Assembly (NCBI GenBank): GCA_051294375.1
Contig: CM119264.1
Location: 23,972,002 to 24,036,001, forward strand
DNA length: 64,000 nucleotides
Direction of reading: 5' to 3'
Source of the DNA: Paraspadella gotoi
Lineage: Eukaryota; Animalia; Chaetognatha
The notes beneath the pieces were generated by a model. That model made no database searches, was not told where the DNA came from, and worked only from the letters and a program-made list of their open reading frames with translations. The translations under genes and the position numbers were made by a program. Of the stretch, positions 61,801-64,000 are shown one piece after another (position 1 is the first letter of the stretch; each line of letters starts with the position of its first letter).

Positions 61801-62792
61801 TGCTGCATGGTGGAGGAAGAGGGAGGGTCTGGTTGTGGCGTTTTTAGCTCAGGAAATCCACTAAATTTTTCACGAAAATTGGTTTCGCTCTGAAATGTTT
61901 AATTTGGTTCCCTTCTCTAGGATTTTCTCAGCTATGCCAATGTCACAATTTCCAGTTTCTCTGATTTTTTTTCTTTTTCTAAGGATGACGCTTTTCGGGC
62001 TTCACGTCATCTTCAACGTCTTAAACTCCACCGTCAATTTTCTAGTACTAATTTCTGTCGGAAAGTCATTCAGGTACTTATGCCATAGGTTATGGAGGCT
62101 AATGTCGAATGAAAATTTTCTTTGATACCATGTAATTTTTCTTCGGTCTGATTAACTGCTAGGATTTTGAAAAGATTTTGATTAAGATTTTCATTCTAAT
62201 TTACGGTCCTTTGAAATTGAAGCCAATTTTTTTCCCCTTGCTCATATTTTATTCTCCCTCTGCCCGTCATCTCCACTCTCCTTGTGACAGGGAAACCTTT
62301 CGCGAGATGCTCTGCGCCCTCCTGAGTCGCGTCTACTGCTTTTTCCTACGCCCCTCTGCCGAAAGTGGCGCCGGTCTCGGCGGCGTCATCTCTCGGGGCG
62401 CCGATGGCGCCGTCGCCTGCTCCGTCAGGGGATCTTCGGTCCGAATCGATTTGAAGACGGAGACCAGGATGACGACGACGGAGGCGGGGAGGTCGGTGGA
62501 GGAAGATAGGAAAGAAGAAAGGATCGAAAAAGAAAGGAGAAAAGGAGAGAGAGAGGAGGAAAGGGAAAAGAACTCGGACGGAGGATGCGAAATCTCCGAG
62601 GAAACTACGAAACCCGCCACGATAGAAGAAGAAGATGAGGAAGAGGAAAAGGCGGGAAGAGCCAAAGAAAAGGGAAAAATTGAGGAGGAAGACTCGGCGC
62701 CGGAAAATACGATCGAGCCGACGACGAAATCGGGAGACAAAGTCGTGACTTCCATCATCGTCGTAGAAACGACGGAGGCGACTACTGTTTGA
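48384..62792 (+). CDS. Divergent class A (rhodopsin) GPCR, FMRFamide/peptide-receptor-like, about 7 coding exons
   Basis: TM1 LSLPLNLAIL (48384-48617); TM2 ILAVLD (48961-49047); TM3 YIAVGRC (50212-50370); TM4/5 (~52498-52787); TM6 LFVCSIP (61443-61581); TM7 NVLNSTVNFLVLISVGKSFR (61984-62073); acidic/charged tail (62291-62792). Confidence 0.85.
50632..50724 (+). repeat. GC-rich structured dispersed element, family B copy in a GPCR intron
   Basis: Colinear match to positions 1-95. Confidence 0.7.
51705..52311. mobile_element. MITE-like palindromic element; a related interrupted copy spans ~54940-59651
   Basis: Termini ttaaggcgtagt / actacgccttaa with internal inverted symmetry. The body aacaacataccatcagtgaacattaatttgtaa recurs at ~54975 and the right end ttcactacgcctta recurs at ~59638. 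Confidence 0.65.
55334..58897. mobile_element. Long-TIR (foldback-like) non-autonomous element, interrupted by the hAT insertion
   Basis: 55334-55967 (plus ~57163-57190) is the diverged reverse complement of ~58215-58897, e.g. gcattttctaatcaagaatcaatatcatttttgc / gcaaaaatgatattgattcttgattagaaaatgc. Confidence 0.75.
55968..57154. mobile_element. Non-autonomous hAT-type DNA transposon
   Basis: TIRs tagggtt(c/a)cgataaccgttaa, a perfect 8-bp TSD attctgtt (55960-55967 and 57155-57162), and subterminal aaccgttaa repeats. Confidence 0.9.
60030..60397 (-). CDS. Nested small secreted Cys-rich protein (102 aa) with C-terminal hydrophobic, GPI-signal-like tail
   Basis: Exons 60397-60241 (MKSQCIFLAVFLIGACVAEG..GCCMITVNG|gtaagt) and 60181-60030 (tatag|..QTLKVCTNDCDLCKSEGGKCAGS..LITVGVVSIVAIAWTARQ*). 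Signal peptide present; 8 Cys in the mature part. Confidence 0.8.
60988..61232 (-). repeat. ~245-bp interspersed repeat, copy 3
   Basis: Reverse complement of copy 1, e.g. gattgaaagcttgcagggacctgctatgtcattatcttgtaagagtg. Confidence 0.9.
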
Positions 62793-63462
62793 CTGCTCGT
62801 TGGAGGCGTTTGATGAAACAAAAATACCCCGAACCTTAAAAGAGTGAGAAAATGAGAAACAAAATTATCGATCCTTGACTTTAATATTTAATAATAACTA
62901 ATGTATTATGCAATCAATCACTTACCGATGCTTCCACGTATCTCTAGCTGACATCGGTTGACACATAGAAAAGGAAATCCTGGTTATCAGTGACATTGCG
63001 CCTCACAGTTTTTATCGCGCCAGGAGACGGTCCCAAGTCCCTTGCGTGTTTGTACTTCAGTAATCGGTATAAATTTGTAGCCTGAGACAATTGTTGTGGC
63101 ATCAAGGCGAAAAGGTTTTTTCCCCTAATCCTCACTTGTACAGATCATCATGTTTTTCCCAGTTTTCAAATCAATTACGTGTAACGCGTGGTGGTTAACC
63201 AACTGTCAGCTTACATATGTATGTTCGTGAAGTGATTTTGTTTTGGAATCATGATCGACATAATTGAAATGTCCTTTGTTTTGTTTATCTTTGTGATTCT
63301 ATTTTACATACTAAAGAATAATAAAGCGTACTTCTCGTCTTACGACTTATTCTATTTCAGATCTTAATATCCAGAGGCGGGATACAGATTTCGAAATTAC
63401 ACAAAGTATTGGAGCAAACTGAATTAAGAAGAATAATTCACTAAATTGGGAAAGGGGTTACT

Positions 63463-63616
63463 TTTACTTTAGCCGACCGGGGATAGGGAGGGTTAGGGTT
63501 AAGGGTGATTTAGGGGTTGTTTTGGGTTAGGGGTGGTTATGGTTAGGGTAATTTGCTAATATTTTTTTGAAATTTTTTTCAAAAAAACCGACTTAACCGC
63601 GGTCGGCGAAAGTAAA
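63463..63616. mobile_element. Small MITE-like element with degenerate TTAGGG-like core
   Basis: Imperfect TIRs tttactttagccgaccg / cggtcggcgaaagtaaa enclose ggttagggtt-like repeats. Confidence 0.55.
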
Positions 63617-64000
63617 ATTTAGTTTGGGAAAGATTAGTAAACAAAATAATCAGCGATCCAGCGCCGGTGACATTGAGAGAAAAAAATTAGTATACTGTAC
63701 TATCGAGTAGTTGACTAGAGAAGAAAAAAAACCATGAATAGGATAGGAGAGCAGCATCCCGGGGAAAAAACAATCATGACCAGAGAAATGGATTTGCATG
63801 GAAGACGAAAGCGAAAATGTATCACTCTTATGACTAATTGAAACCAAGTATAAATTATCTGGTATAGTGAAAGAAATATGCGGATCATATTAGGAAAGCA
63901 CTAAACTATCAAGAGTAAATCTATTCAGTTCTAATATACTGAATTACTTTATTTCAGCAACCTCCTCGTAAAAAATTATATAACACACTGAGTAAATTCG

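Noticed and set aside
63025-63045. ggtcccaagtcc resembling a twister L4 loop
   Set aside because: Lacks the conserved AAGC and the flanking P1/P2 elements.

Overview
Eukaryotic, apparently invertebrate animal, genomic DNA: AT-rich spliceosomal introns, microsatellites and one N-gap at 22951-22975. Left to right it holds two tandem minus-strand SLC15/PEPT peptide-transporter paralogs (<427-11685 and 12961-20055), a Ser/Arg-rich orphan exon, and a ~9.6 kb near-perfect palindrome (24427-34070, probably an assembly fold-back). Then come a CTDSP/SCP-type CTD phosphatase (33073-37361) and a divergent rhodopsin-class peptide-receptor-like GPCR (48384-62792). Most interesting: (1) a 4.4 kb antisense coding cassette inside one SLC15 intron, encoding an RPA70N-like OB-fold ORF and an ankyrin + TTC3/DZIP3-like Cys domain + coiled-coil ORF; (2) two families of dispersed GC-rich elements that look like structured RNAs, one with compensatory changes and a predicted kissing loop; (3) a small secreted, probably GPI-anchored Cys-rich gene nested in the GPCR intron; (4) Penelope-type minimal hammerheads and nested non-autonomous DNA transposons, including two hAT elements with 8-bp TSDs. 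All domain assignments come from recognising motifs by eye; no searches were run, and exon boundaries are manual and approximate.
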